Counted from the first letter of the stretch, positions 44,557-59,309 are shown. The stretch is 64,000 nt of DNA from Octopus vulgaris (GCA_951406725.2 OX597836.1:3348001-3412000); one strand, 5' to 3'. Notes: a model not told the origin generated them from the letters alone. Program-made: numbers and translations.

Positions 44557-45234
44557 GTGAAATTCTGTTTTCTGCTAGGGAAAACGGCGGCCGAAACAGT
44601 TATCCTGCCTCAAACAGCTTACAACGAAGCTTCCACGAGAAAAACACAAGTTTACGAGTGGTTTTTCACGCTTTTGGAATGGTCACTTGTTACTTGAAGA
44701 CCAATCTCGTTTAGGGCGATCGTCGACCTCATGAAAACATATGAGCTGATCATGAAGGACGCTCACCAAACAACTGACGAACTTGTTGGTATGACTGATG
44801 CGTCCTGGAGCTTCTGCCAAAGAATTTTGAGTGGGAAATTGCGAATGAAAAAAAATTGCAGCACAATTTGTCTCCTCTCTTGCTCACAGAAGATCAGAAG
44901 AAGTCAATGAAGATCAAAAGAATGAGGGTTGTGAACTGAAAGAACAGTTGGAAGTTGGTTCGCACCTTTTTTCGAAGGTCATCACTGGTGCCGAAAACTG
45001 GTACTACGGAATTTGCAGATGTGGAAGAGGGAAGAAGAAAAAAACAACGGAGTCTTTAGAAGGCATCACTTCGCAAGATTTCCATCACTGCTTCGAATAA
45101 TGAAAATCGTACCTGGAACCGATGCATTGCTTCAAATGGAGAATACTTTGAAGGTGATATAAATGTGTAAACATGAAAAACTAAGTGAATAAAATTATAA
45201 TGCGAAATTCCTGATCCTTTTGGGTTTCTTTGTA
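44557..45234 (+). mobile_element. Mariner transposon remnant with the catalytic core deleted
   Basis: VKFCFLLGKTAAET..QVYEWF..LEDQSRLGRSSTS..KVITGAENWYYG joined at about 45010 directly to FADVEE..CIASNGEYFEGD; multiple frameshifts; TIR-like end before TA at about 45233. Confidence 0.9.
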
Positions 45235-45479
45235 CGTCACAGAAACCAAGAAACCGGCCCCTATGACTCGGGGAAGATCTTTATCCTGTCCTGTCCACAT
45301 GCTTCCCCATTCTTACCGTTTACCAGTCTCCGTTGCCTAACTTTCCAATCAGCCCAAACAATAATAACATAAAGCTATTTATTAAAATGTAAACAAAATT
45401 GTGCCAGACAGACCTCATTTGCATAATGGTGCAAAGTTCATGACCCGACATTTATTTCGAAAATACTGGCATCTCTCTT

Positions 45480-45860
45480 TCCCCTCTCTCTCTCTCTCTC
45501 TATTTATCTGTCTATCCTGTCTATGATTAACTATTTGACTTTCTCTCTCTCACTCTCTCTGTTTCACTATTGCTCTACCTTTCTCTCTCTCTGTCTCATT
45601 ATTGCTCTCCCTCTCTCTATCTCCTCTCTCTCCCCTCCCTTTCTACCCCTCTCTCTCTTTCACTATCGCTCTCTCTCCCTCTCCCTCTCTCTACCCCATC
45701 TCTCTCTCCTCTCTCTCACTTTCACTATTGCTCTCTCTCCCTCTCTCTCTGTTTTACCATTGCTCTCTCTTTTCTCTCTCCCTCTGTTTCACTAGTGCTC
45801 TTTCTCACTCTTTCTCTCTTTCACTATTGCTCTCTCTCTCTCACCCTCCCTCTTTTCTTT
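45480..45860. repeat. CT-rich minisatellite with recurring TTTCACTATTGCTCTC
   Basis: Motif repeated several times between (CT)n tracts. Confidence 0.85.
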
Positions 45861-46888
45861 AATCAATCATCGTCTCTGAAAAGAATCGATCAATCAACTA
45901 CACAGATCAGCATGTGCATTAATCTAAATCTCAGTATATACCCCCCTACTGATACACAAAAACGCGCGCACACGCTAGTGTACACAAGGGTATGTTTACA
46001 CATTGCCAAACATATTGTTTCGGGTTCAGTCCTACTGCGTGGTGCCTTGGCCAAATATCTTTTACTATAATCTGGGCCGATGAAAGCCTTGTGAGTGAAT
46101 TTGGTAGACGGAAACTGAAAGAAGCTCGTCGGGTTTGTCACGGTTGGAATCTCTTTTGAACTTAAGTCTGCTCGTTCAGAGTTCATTGGATTACTAAACA
46201 ACGACAACAGCAATATTCATTTATATACTTTTGTCCAACGAGAAACCACGACAACAATTCGCGGTCTGCTGGGGAAAATATTCAATCCCAAATTCTTCAT
46301 TGGATAATAATACATTGGATAGTGTAGTCCTAGATAGATTATGTCTGAAAAATACGGATTTATTGCAAGTGATATTCGCCTTCAACATCTACTTTCAGAC
46401 GAGTTAGTAGTCTGCAAGTACAAGATTCTGACCAATCCAATTTTATCATTTGTCTCCTCTATCCGTGACAAGACCAGCAGCTTGTCTAAATCTAATATTT
46501 TTATCTGGATGGATTTTTCATTAACTCCGGAAGTGTGCGTCTCTCACCCGCAGATCCTCTAACACGATAAGGCACTGCAGCTTTCGGTTTTAGTTCTGCA
46601 CGACCTGAGCTGACTTAGAGCACCAGCGAGAAGAATTGTCAGCGCTATTACAATCGCAACCAAAAGCACTTCAACTAAAACCATGAATATGTTTTGAAGA
46701 ATCTCTAACATGCTCTGTGAAGCATTTCCTCCTGGCTGTGCGCCACTTACAAATATTCACTTTCTACGTGTTGCTATACCGATTATCTCTATAACATTCT
46801 CGAACGATGTAATATCACCATCATTAATTTATGCAGTATTCCTAACACAATTTACGATTTATTTTCACATGGCTACATGTTCCTTATA

Positions 46889-47116
46889 TATTTCTTTACT
46901 GCCCAGAGGGGGCTAAACATAGAGGGGACAAACAAGGACAGACAAAGGGATTAAGGCGATTATATCGACCCCAGTGCGTAACTGGTACTTATTTAATCAA
47001 CCCCGAAAGGATCAAAGGCAAAGTCGACCTCGGCGGAATTTGAACTCAGAACGTAACGACAGACGAAATACCGCAACGCATTTCGCCCGGCGTGCTAACG
47101 ATTCTGCCAGCTCACC
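46889..47116 (-). mobile_element. SINE family B, full length, inserted in a degenerate tandem repeat of about 120 bp (about 46740-47340)
   Basis: Reverse complement of 7646-7877; flanked by the imperfect repeat ATG.CTACATGTT.CTTATA. Confidence 0.92.
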
Positions 47117-48873
47117 ACTTTATATGACTACATGTTTCTTATAACTATTCCCTTTCTACACACCGCTCTATCTATTATTCCTATTACATTCTGTATAACA
47201 CGACTGTTTCCACCAGTAATTTTTGTATTTATGACTCATTTCCACATGTCTATACGCCGCTTATAACAATGCACTTTCTATGTGCGGCTGTACCTGTCGC
47301 TTCTATGCCGTTCTATAACACAACTGTCTATAACTTCAATAAGCTCTGTAATTTTCACTCCTTGACGATGTCTGTTACCTAAAATGTTGCGCGTTTCACC
47401 ATCTTCACAACAAACTATCTTATTCTGCCTTTGAACGGTCTCAACTCATTAATTGCCGGCGTAAACTACCGTGAGTTCCATCAGACCCTCCTACTTACTT
47501 AATAAAAGAAAGTGGTTAAATTCTAAATTTATAACAGAAGAACATCAAATGGAACAAGGTGGCATTAATGTATGCTAGTTTTTATAAAAACTGGTTAAAT
47601 TTTGAGCTTTTCAATAAAAACAACGGAGCCGAACTCTGAAATGATATACTGTAACAGTCCTTCACGCTATTGCTGCCTGCACCATTTCAATAAATTCAAT
47701 AACAGAAGCAAAAATCGATAAAATTCAAATGTTTCTTCTTTATTTCCATTCTGTCCTCTGCAAGACACTGATTTGTGCTTGGACGATTCCATTAGTATAG
47801 CCGTTATTCTTTGATCAGTGACTGGTAACATCTCACTTAATCCTTCAATTCTGGAAAAATGAATGTTGCAGGTGGTTTACCCACGACCCATATCATGGAA
47901 CAACATGGTCGTTCCTGAAAGACAGAAAGAGAGAGAGGAAAATTGAAACAAACTGACGGACAGACAGATAGGAAAACAGACAGACCGAGCGGCATTTCGT
48001 CTGTCTTTACGTTCTGAGTTCAAATTCCGCCGGGTCAACTTTGCCTCACATCTTTTCGGGGATATACAAAGCAACTTCAATTTCTTACATTTTCCTTTTT
48101 TTTTTTTTGTCTCAAAACCACAGATTAGTTTTTAATGCACATACTTATTTCCAACAGACACTTCAAGCATTTTCTTTCTCGTGAATATGGAAAATATTAT
48201 ATATATGCTCAAATAAATGAAGAAAAAAATAAATGAGTCACAGAATACCAGATGCAAAACACACAATTTTAATTGAAAAATTCTTCTTAGAGGAAGAAAC
48301 GAAATACCTACCGGTAATTCTTAACGACTCGCAAGAGAAAAGGGAGACAATTCAAAGACACTTGAAAAAGTCGATTCTTAGAATCAAGTTTTTAATGAAA
48401 TATTTTGCCTCTTTTCGTTGTTTGTTGTAGTTAAATGTAGACATCATATCTACGACTCTGCTATATTTTCTATGTATGTGTCTCTATGTGTTGCTAGTAT
48501 GTATAACTACGTATGGTATTATGTGTGTGTGTTTATGTAACGGTGACACTATATGTATGTGTGTTGAAACGTATGTATGTGTTTGTGTCTGTCTGTCTGT
48601 CTGTGTATGTGGACGTAAGTTCGTCCGGTTGAACCCTGTGTGAAAACGTGACTAAACAACTATTAAATTCTAGAAGACTACGTTACTGTTGTTATTACTA
48701 TTGTTGCTGTCGATGATAATGATAATAATGAAGATGATGGTGATGACGAAGGTTCATAAAGATGAGGATGGTTTTTTGATACCAGTAATGGTTATCAAAT
48801 ATTAGTAGGACTATTACTATCAATATTATTACTATTGGAGTATTCCTTCTTCTTCTTCTTCTTCTTCTTCTAC

Positions 48874-48912
<39 letters not shown>

Positions 48913-49548
48913 GAAAATCTTCGTTATTATAATGATCAACACTTTTGATATTATCATTCATGAAGAGCACCATCATCAAGATCAACATCTTCATCAACAA
49001 CATCATCATCATCATCATCATCATCGACGTCGCCTTCGATATGAACCTTATTATCATTAATATCGTTATTTGACGTTATTATCATTATCGTTATTACTGT
49101 TATCAATAATAATAGTAATGATGATGATGATGACGATATCGCTAGTCTTATCATTATTATGGGTTTTCAGTCGTAGTTGTTGTTGTTGCTGCTGTTCTTG
49201 TTGTTGTGGTTGTTATTGTCCGCCGAGGTCATACGTGATTGCCACACGGTCTGGTAGGCAATTGATTGATTTTTAGGGAACTGGGGAAAGAAGAGGAGGA
49301 AAAGGTAGAGAGAAAAAGAGAGAGATTAAGAGAAAGAGAAAGAAAGAAGACTTCTATATACAGAGATATATACACACATATTTATATATATGTATGTATG
49401 TATGTATATATATTTATATATTATATATATACATAAACATATAGTATATAATATATATATATAAAAATCTGGATATATATACGTATACATATAATATATA
49501 ATATATATATATGCTTATATAAACATTATAATATATATATATGTATAC

Positions 49549-49595
<47 letters not shown>

Positions 49596-49969
49596 CATAT
49601 ACATATAATATATAATATATATATGCTTATATAAACATTAAATTTTGTGTATATTGATATATATATATACATATATATATATATACATCATTATATATAT
49701 GATATACATCTTCTAAGTATGGATATATATGTGTGTGTCTGTGTGTGCGCGAAGGTCTGTATGTGTGTTGGGGTCATTATTTTGTTTGTTTTTCTTTTCT
49801 TTTTTAGTTCTTGCTCATCTTCAACTTCATCAACATCTCAACATCTGTTATAGCTTCTCCTCTTCATCTTCATTGCTTTCTCATATATATATTTATTTAT
49901 TTATATATATATATAGATATATATATACATATATATACATACATATATATATATATGGATATGTATATA

Positions 49970-50077
<108 letters not shown>

Positions 50078-50414
50078 ACTGTATGTGTCTGTGTGTGTAT
50101 ACATATGTACATACATACATTTATACGTAAATATATATATATGTACGTACATATACTCATATATATATTTAAAAAAACACACACATATATCTACACATAC
50201 ATATATATATATATATACATATACAATTATATACCATTGGCAAATATACAGTCCATAAACATACTCACTTCATATATGTATATATATCATTACATATATA
50301 TTTGTATATATTTATATGACTGTGTCTAAGTGTACGTGAGTGCGAGTATGTGTCTGTGTGTGTTTACATATATACATACATATATATACATATACACACA
50401 CACATATATATATA

Positions 50415-50551
<137 letters not shown>

Positions 50552-51396
50552 CACCGTTTTCTACTAAAAACCGCCATTAACTCACTGAACCTCGAACGAT
50601 TTCGTTTGTTGTAAACACTTAAAGAGACAAAAGTTCATACGTGCGCTTACGCTCCCCTGGACACACAGACATTCAATTTCAAATAACATATACACACTCA
50701 CGCACACACTCTGTAATGGGTGTGCGTGTACGTTTGTCTGCGTGTGCGTGTGTCCGTGTAATGCACACACATACGCACATACACTCACACACATTTATAT
50801 ATGTTTTCATGTATGTAAGTATTCACTGCAATAAAAACACACGCGCGGATAATATACATAAAAATAGACAGCTGGATAGATATATAGGTATGTGCATTGA
50901 TAGGTAGATGGAGAGATACATGCGTACATACATATATACATAGGTAGATAGACAGATAGAGAAAACGATGGATAGATAGATAGACAGATAGATAGATAGA
51001 GAGAGAGAGAAAGAGAGGTAGACACGTGTGATACGTGCGAATATATATATATACATATATATATTTATATATATATTTGGAGATGTATAGGAACATATTT
51101 ATCCATATACATATGTGTGTATATGCTTATGTATGTAACTATATGTATATATACATACATACACTTGCATGTATATGCATATATATATGTGTATTTATAT
51201 ATATAGGTATAATAAATGTGTGTGTGCTTGTACTTATATATTTATACACACAGATATACAGATAGATAGATAGATAGATAGTGATAGATAGGTAGATAGA
51301 AAGATAGATTGATAGATAGACAGATATAGAGATATAAATATAAAGTAGCATATATATGTATAAATACACACACACACACACACACATACACACATA

Positions 51397-51440
<44 letters not shown>

Positions 51441-51498
51441 CACATATATTTAGATAGATACATACATACATACATTCATACATACATACATACATACA

Positions 51499-51534
<36 letters not shown>

Positions 51535-52119
51535 TATACATAGAAACATACACATTATAAAAAGAACCGTTAACGCAGATAAATGGCAGAGAGATTTTGA
51601 TAGCGAGCTAAATCAAAATGGCTTCAGTGTTTAAAACTTCTGACTGAATTCCTGGCCGTGCGTTTCTTTGTTATGTGTTGAGTATTTGATGTTGTGTGTT
51701 CTGTCTATTAAAAGTTTTCTCTCGTGCCAGGCGTCGTGTATTGTTTTCAGGTATGAAAGAAATTTTAGTTTAATGGCGTATCACTTACAATATTGTATCA
51801 GTCGAAGGAGGCTATTACGGTTTTTAATAAATTTCCTCTGCGAAAGGTACGTATATGTATGTATATATGTGTGTGTGTGTATGTGTATGTGTGTGTCTGT
51901 TTGTGAGTGTGAGTGTGCATGCGTGTGTGTTTCCGTATGTGTGTGTTTCTGTGTGTATGTGTATGTACGAATTCTTTAATGTGGCAGTCACTTACTTGAA
52001 ATGGTAAACATCAACAGGAGCGGCAATAATATTGGTGATGTTGATAATAATGACAAAAACAACAACAACAATAGCGATAATAATAATAATAATAATAATA
52101 AGGATGTTAATAATAATAA

Positions 52120-52450
52120 GTTGGAATTTACAAAAAAAAAAACATGAAGACAGGTGTATAAACAACAAACAGGTGTATTAGTTTAACACTCGGGAAGGTG
52201 AGAAAGTCTTTTGTGTTTCGAGCCTACTCTCTTCAACAGAAAAGAACACGAGAAATAAACAGAGAGAGAATAAAAAAAATTTAGTGGTTATCGATCGATC
52301 ATGGCGGATGTCTGGACGAAGGTGGTCAGACAGGAGAGCTAAGAAGTAGAAGAGTATGAATTTCATTGCCACTCGCGCACCGGATAAACGGTCAGAGTTA
52401 TCGGAAAACGACGGAAGAACCGGCATTGAAGTCTGTAGCGAGAAAATGAC
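52120..52450 (-). mobile_element. pLTR-like module with a variant hammerhead-like motif (52208-52244); related degenerate copy at about 53520-53730 and fragment at 25851-25945
   Basis: Minus strand CTTTT-CTGtTGA-A-GAG(agtagg)CTC-GAAA-cac-AAAAG; shared flank AACAACAAACAGGTGT...AAAGTCTTT at 52160 and 53561. Confidence 0.55.
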
Positions 52451-52452
52451 TA

Positions 52453-52522
<70 letters not shown>

Positions 52523-52529
52523 TAGATAT

Positions 52530-52564
<35 letters not shown>

Positions 52565-52578
52565 CATACATACATACA

Positions 52579-52609
<31 letters not shown>

Positions 52610-52769
52610 TTATACATACATACATGTATACATACATACATACATACATACATACATACATACATACATACATACATACATACATACAACAGAACCAAAT
52701 ACTTCCTTGCACCCACAAATATTATTTCTTCAGATCTGCTACTACCTAGCGAACCTTCACTAAGGAAAT

Positions 52770-52817
<48 letters not shown>

Positions 52818-52968
52818 GAGAGACAGAAAAGTGGAATGCCCAATGTATTTGAAGACTATCGAAATATTTACAAAACAATTCATTTAATTTTTTCTTATAT
52901 ATATATAACCTTTACAAATGTATTTCATCATAAAATTAATTCAATATTTTCTACCTTGTCTTATTTTC

Positions 52969-53016
<48 letters not shown>

Positions 53017-53018
<2 letters not shown>

Positions 53019-53234
53019 GGAGTAAACACATAAATGTGAAACAAGGTGGAAAAAAGAGTACTCAAATACCAGTGGTAGAGTAATATGCTTTATTTTAAGC
53101 AGCAGAAAATTCAACAAAATCTGTTACTCTGAGTTTCTCGTTGCCGTTCATCAGACAGTTTAACTGTCTGATGAACGGCAACGAGAAACTCAGAGTAACA
53201 GATTTTGTTGAATTTTCTGCTGCTGAAAATAAAG

Positions 53235-53239
<5 letters not shown>
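53017..53239. mobile_element. Module inserted in (TA)n, containing a near-perfect palindrome (53088-53234, centre 53161)
   Basis: CTTTATTTTAAGCAGCAGAAAATTC...CATCAGACAGTT-T-AACTGTCTGATG...GAATTTTCTGCTGCTGAAAATAAAG, with (TA)n on both sides. Confidence 0.93.
53164..53201 (+). ncRNA. Minimal type I hammerhead ribozyme motif (identical mirror copy on - at 53121-53158)
   Basis: CTGT-CTGATGA-aCG(GCAA)CGa-GAAA-CTC(a)GAG-TA-ACAG: core intact, GUA triplet, stem I CTGT/ACAG; the base of stem II is an A.A mismatch. Confidence 0.8.
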
Positions 53240-53303
<64 letters not shown>

Positions 53304-53323
53304 ATATGTATATATATATATAA

Positions 53324-53395
<72 letters not shown>

Positions 53396-53753
53396 ATATA
53401 TATATATGTGTGTGTGTTTGTGCGTGTATAGTATGAACAACTATCTTCTACTAAATTGATATTTTAGACGGAAACTAAAAGAAGCCTCTGAAATGTATGT
53501 ATACATATATGTATATATAGTTCAAATTTACAGAAAACAAAAGACGAAGCCAGGTGAGGGAACAACAAACAGGTGTGTCATTTTGACGCCCTGCAAGAAT
53601 GGAAAAGTCTTTGACGTTCTGAGCTTACGTTATTCCATAGAAATGGTTGAGATGAAACAACTGAAGAGAGAGAGAGAGCGAAAGAAACGATGAGACGAAA
53701 ATGTGTAAGAATTAACGGTTCGACATGATCAAATGTTTGGGTGAGAGAGAGAG

Positions 53754-53792
<39 letters not shown>

Positions 53793-54721
53793 GCACGCGC
53801 GCTTGTGTGTTCCTGTGTTTGCCCATCACTACCGCCTAACAACCGGTGTTGGCGCGTTTATGCCCCGTAAAAAGGTTAAAGTGTATAGTCCGTTGTTATT
53901 CAACAAATGCATTTTATATATCTTTCTTCTTTTTGGTTTTCTTTGGTTTATAGAATTTTTTTTTTTTAAATCTATACATATGTTCTTTTACATAACCTTA
54001 TAGTCTTCTGCCAAGCTCTTTTCAATGACCCTACCCCGCTCCCCAATCGCTTGTATATATATAAATAAACTCCTTTTAATCAGTTACCGAGGAATTAGGT
54101 GCATAAAACGCCAAGCAGTACTTCATATTGCTTTGAAAAAAGACTCTTCTTCGCCATTGAACCGTAAGAGCCACTTCCTTTCGCTTAATTAGAACCAGAC
54201 ATTTACATTCAATCGATATCAGAAATCCGTTAGGTGTGTGTTGGTGTGAGCGAGTACATATGTGTGTTTGTGTCTCTTTCGCTTGTGTATGTCGGCAAAG
54301 AATATTAATATTGATTAGGAAACAGACATACTCTTGCTTTGAGAATAAAGTCCCTTGAGATATTTACTTCGCATCAAGCGACAGCCACTTCCTTCTTATT
54401 CTCGTTGACGTAAATGCAAGGAACCAGCCTTAGATGCATTGAAACCTATAGGGCTTCAATACACCAACGTTATTCTTTACAAATTGCTGTGTAATATAAA
54501 CCAATATACCATTTAGCTTTGTCCTCGACGTGTTTCAGTCTTAGGACTGTGGCCATGCTGAGGCATCACCTTGAAGCATTTGGTCGAACAAATCGTCCTC
54601 AGTACTGAATTTTACGTCTGGCACCTATTCTTTTGGTGGGATCATTAAGCTACAGGGGCAGAAACAATATACTAAGTAGTATTTTCCACTTTTTACAATT
54701 GTTTCTTTACGATTTTTTGAT

Positions 54722-55101
54722 CGACTCATTTTTTCTGATGAAGTGACCTTCCGTGTTTCTGGTCACATCAACCACCATAACTGCTTCTATTATTCAGAAG
54801 ATAACCTTAAAGTGATTTGAGAAAAGCATGTCAATTCACTTTCTCTTGTCATTTGGGCGGTGATAGCGTCTTCAGGGATTTGTGCATTCCATATTGAATA
54901 AGAGACGATGAATAGTGACCGTTATCTGGCATTGTGTGAAAACATCATCTGGCCGTATTCTCGATACCGCCATTCCAACCATTGCGCACGATGGAGCATC
55001 AACTCATTATGACGAACGTGTAAGAAACATCCTCGATCAGCACCTACGAAATCGATGAATATTCAAATACTCAAGCTGGGGCACTAATTTTGGACCGACC
55101 T
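54722..55101 (+). mobile_element. rosa/Visitor (DD41D)-like transposase fragment nested in a family A SINE (halves about 54531-54670 and 55123-55265, - strand)
   Basis: RLIFSDEVTFRVSGHINHHNCFYYSEDN..LVIWAVIASSGI..TMNSDRYLAL..DGASTHYDERVRNILDQHLRNR; stops and a frameshift. The third catalytic residue is absent, so the family is inferred from motif style. Confidence 0.75.
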
Positions 55102-55958
55102 ATATATATATATATATATATAACGACGGGCTTCCATGCAGTTTGCGTTAATTAGATTTACTCTCAAGCTATTGATCGGCCCGGTGCTTTAGTAAAAGAA
55201 AATACTTGCCCATGAAACGAAACCCCAAACCATGTGATTGCAAACCAGATTTCTTAACCAAGCAACAATATATGAGTCTGCGAGAACATGGGGAACATGG
55301 TTTTAACATCGAAGGCAAGGAAATAAACGAAAATCATTATTCTTACGTTCATATTTTCGGTCTAGAATGTTCCGAATTGTTCCAAATGCCAACCTACTCC
55401 TACGTAAAATTAATTAGAAATTTATAAAAACAAAAACGCCAGAATTACACGCAACGTAAAGCAGAAGATTAAAAAACCAATATGGCTGCCGTTATCGTAT
55501 TCTTGGTTTTTTTTTTTTTAATAACGTTGCCATTAGTCATATGTTTCGTGGATCGTTATGAAATTAGTTTGTTTAAGATTAATACTGTCTGGGCGTTTCT
55601 GGTGTGATTAATTTCCAGCATCAGACTTCTTTGGCAAATAAAGTCGTAGCTATCTCTAATAGTGTCAAGCCAACAAGTGCACGAAGGTATACAGCACGAG
55701 TATGTACGTGACTCTGTGTGTGTGCGTGTGTGTGTGTATGTGTGTGTGTGTGTGTGTGTGTTTGTGTGTGTCTGTCTGTGTTCGAGCGCGTGTATAAATG
55801 TGAGAAAATTCAACCACGCATATAGAAAATGTACCTCTGTCCTGTTCTCAGGTATTAGAATATATGAAAGGGGATAGATAGATAGATGTGAACATATGAA
55901 GATGTATTTAAATATGTACGTATATATATATACACATGCATACATAGATAAAACATAC

Positions 55959-56004
<46 letters not shown>

Positions 56005-56692
56005 GTATGTGTGTGTGTGTATACATATATATACATATTCATATATCTGTGTACACCCTCATACACGCACGCACTCACACACACACGTATGTCGTTAAAT
56101 TTGCATACGTCTCCCTACTTATAGTTCCGTATGGAAAATTGGAAAATTCCGAAGAGAAAAAACACATACGACTGGCGCATGCAAATACCAATAAATACCT
56201 TTGTGTGCTTCTCTTTGTTTTTATCCTCTTTCTGTATCCAAACGTATGAATTTACCAATATTGGTTCGTAATGAATGTCTATACATATGGCATCATTTCC
56301 ATATACTCTTGGACAAATTTGTGGCATATGGATAATTCCATATGGATAATTCCATATGGTCAATTCAGGAAATAATGTATATGTAACGCTGCGCATTCAC
56401 CGAGATTCATTTAGCAGAGCATTAAGCCTCTTGTTCAACTATCGTTACTGACCCGTAATTACATACATACATATGTACAACATGTATGTATGTATGTTTG
56501 TATGTATGTGTGTATGTATGTGTGTATGTATGTGTGTATGTATGTGTGTTTATATGTATGTATTTATGTATGTATATATGTATGTATGTATGTGCGTATG
56601 TATGTGTGTTTATATGTTTGTATTTATATATATATGTATGAATGTATGCATGCAACTTATATACGTCCATACAGATAGATAAATAGATAGAT

Positions 56693-56764
<72 letters not shown>

Positions 56765-56788
56765 GTAGATATATATATATATATATAT

Positions 56789-56849
<61 letters not shown>

Positions 56850-58125
56850 GAGAGAGAGAGAGATAGAGAGAGAAAGAGAGATAAAGAGATAGATAGATAG
56901 ATTTCGAGCAATTAACGGCAATATGAGGCTTCGAAAGGCAGGTGCTCCCGCGAATCAAAATAAAATTTGGGATTTGTGGAGAGTCAAAGTTGTTAACATA
57001 AACAGGACAGCGGAGACAGACAACAAACCAAAGGAAAACAAATATGGAGGACCTTTACGTCAGATGAGGTAAAGTAGCGGACTCTGGGTGAATATTGTCT
57101 TTGACAAGAGAAATGATAAAAGAGAAGACAGATAAGAATGCGTCTGGTCTGTACGATAGACTGTAAAAGAAGAAGGATGATCACGAGCGGAAAAGAAAGA
57201 TGGACGATAGTCACCTGTGAGCAACGAGGAGAGTAAAGGAGAAAGAGGGAGAGAGAGAGAGAGAAAATGGTGAATGGGAGAAAAAAGTTTTATCCTTTCC
57301 CTAATTCTTTTTTCTCCCCTTCACCGTTTTGTCTCTCTTTCTCTTTCTCCATCTTTCTCATTTCCTCTCTCTTGTTGCTCACACGTTTTAAAATCAGCAG
57401 AGGGAGTTCTTGTGTAATCATTGCTTGGATAACATTAGTCGACCGACGTTTTTCAAGTCATTAGACAAACAACCAAATATATATACTATACTATATATAT
57501 ATATATATATATATATACTATAACCAGTTTTGATAACTGGTTATATTGAACAAGTCAGTTTTATTGCTTCTAAATAAATACACCAACCCATCACAAGGAT
57601 AGAGATACGAACACAAAACACACAACACACAACACATACCCACACTAACACACATGTGTGTGTGTGTGTGCGTGTAAATATGTATCTATAAGTGCATACA
57701 TTCAAAGATGCATGTATATATGTCAATGTGTGTATAGCCAAATTGTATTTGAAGACTATGTACCCATATACATGTTGAAGTCTTATATATAAATACATAC
57801 AGACATACATACATAAGCGTGTGTATGTTTGTATATATACTTGCAATACCAATTTTGTAATGTTGTAATACATGCATACACACAGCCATGTTTGCATACA
57901 TACATACATACTTGTATACATACTTACATGTAGTCAAGCATACGCAATTACATACATAGGTGCATAAATACATAGGCAAATATATTCATACGTGCGTACA
58001 TATATACATGTATACATTTGTACATACATAAAAACATACATACATGAATACATGCATATCTAAATGCTTCCACATATACAAACATACATATATACACGCA
58101 TTTATACCTGTACATACATACAAAT

Positions 58126-58197
<72 letters not shown>

Positions 58198-59309
58198 ATA
58201 TACATGCATAAATGCAACCATACATACATAAATACTTACATACGTAGATGCATACTTTCATACATACACGCATACAGTCATACATGCATACACGCATACA
58301 TTTATATATACATACATACATACATACATACATACATACATGCATGCATACATACTTACATACATACACAGACAAACATGCATACATAAATACTTACAGA
58401 TAGACAGACAGGCATACACGCAAATATATGCATACACACATATATACATGCATGTATACACACACACACACACAGAGGAGGAGGCCAGCATGTGTGTAGT
58501 GGAAGTTGCGTGATAGAACAGGTGCTGACAATATTATAACTAAGCGTGATGGAAACGTTAACGTCAGAAAAATACTCTCTAATATTAAGTGTTAATTGGT
58601 TGAAATCACGCTAGATGTCGCTCTCGTTTACATTAATTCAATTTCCAATACTCGTATTTTATTTTACGTATTTGTTTAATCTTGTTATTTTTGTTGTTGT
58701 TGTTATTACCATTTTGTTTTTTTATTGTTTGCTTTCCATCATATGTTTGTTTTAGTTCTTGATTGATGGAAAATCACTAACTGTTTAATTTATTGTTAAC
58801 AGATCACGTTTAAATTTAATCATATTAATATTTGTTTTCTATTTTTCCTTGTATAATATATGTAATGTCATAAATACGTACGCATACACACATACGTACA
58901 AACACACACACACACACACACGCATATATGGATATGTGTATGTAGGACTCTCTCTCTCTCCATATATGTGCGTGTGTGTGTGTGTGTATTTATATGCGTA
59001 TGTGTGTTTGTTTGTTATATACCGACTTATATAAAAGAGGCGAAATGGTAGAGAAAGTACATTGTAGTAATCGACTGGTATTTCTGCGCTTTGAGTTCAA
59101 ATCTCGACAAGGTCAACTGTGTTGTTCTTTATTTGGGGCCGTGGACAATATCATCAGTCCAGAACCGTGATCCTCTTTTACTCTTTATACACATGCGCAT
59201 ACATATATGTTCTCCATGCACAAACAAAACAAAACACACACACACAGAGGTTCGTATAAAGTTTATACGAACCTGGACGAGGATTCATTCTGTAGTAACG
59301 CCGATTTTC

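Noticed and set aside
46140-46690. Protein-like unique sequence, possibly a LINE remnant or exon
   Set aside because: Frames are interrupted and no motif could be identified with confidence.
54734-54745. CTGATGA as a hammerhead core
   Set aside because: It encodes the FSDE motif of the transposase fragment; no stems or GAAA follow.
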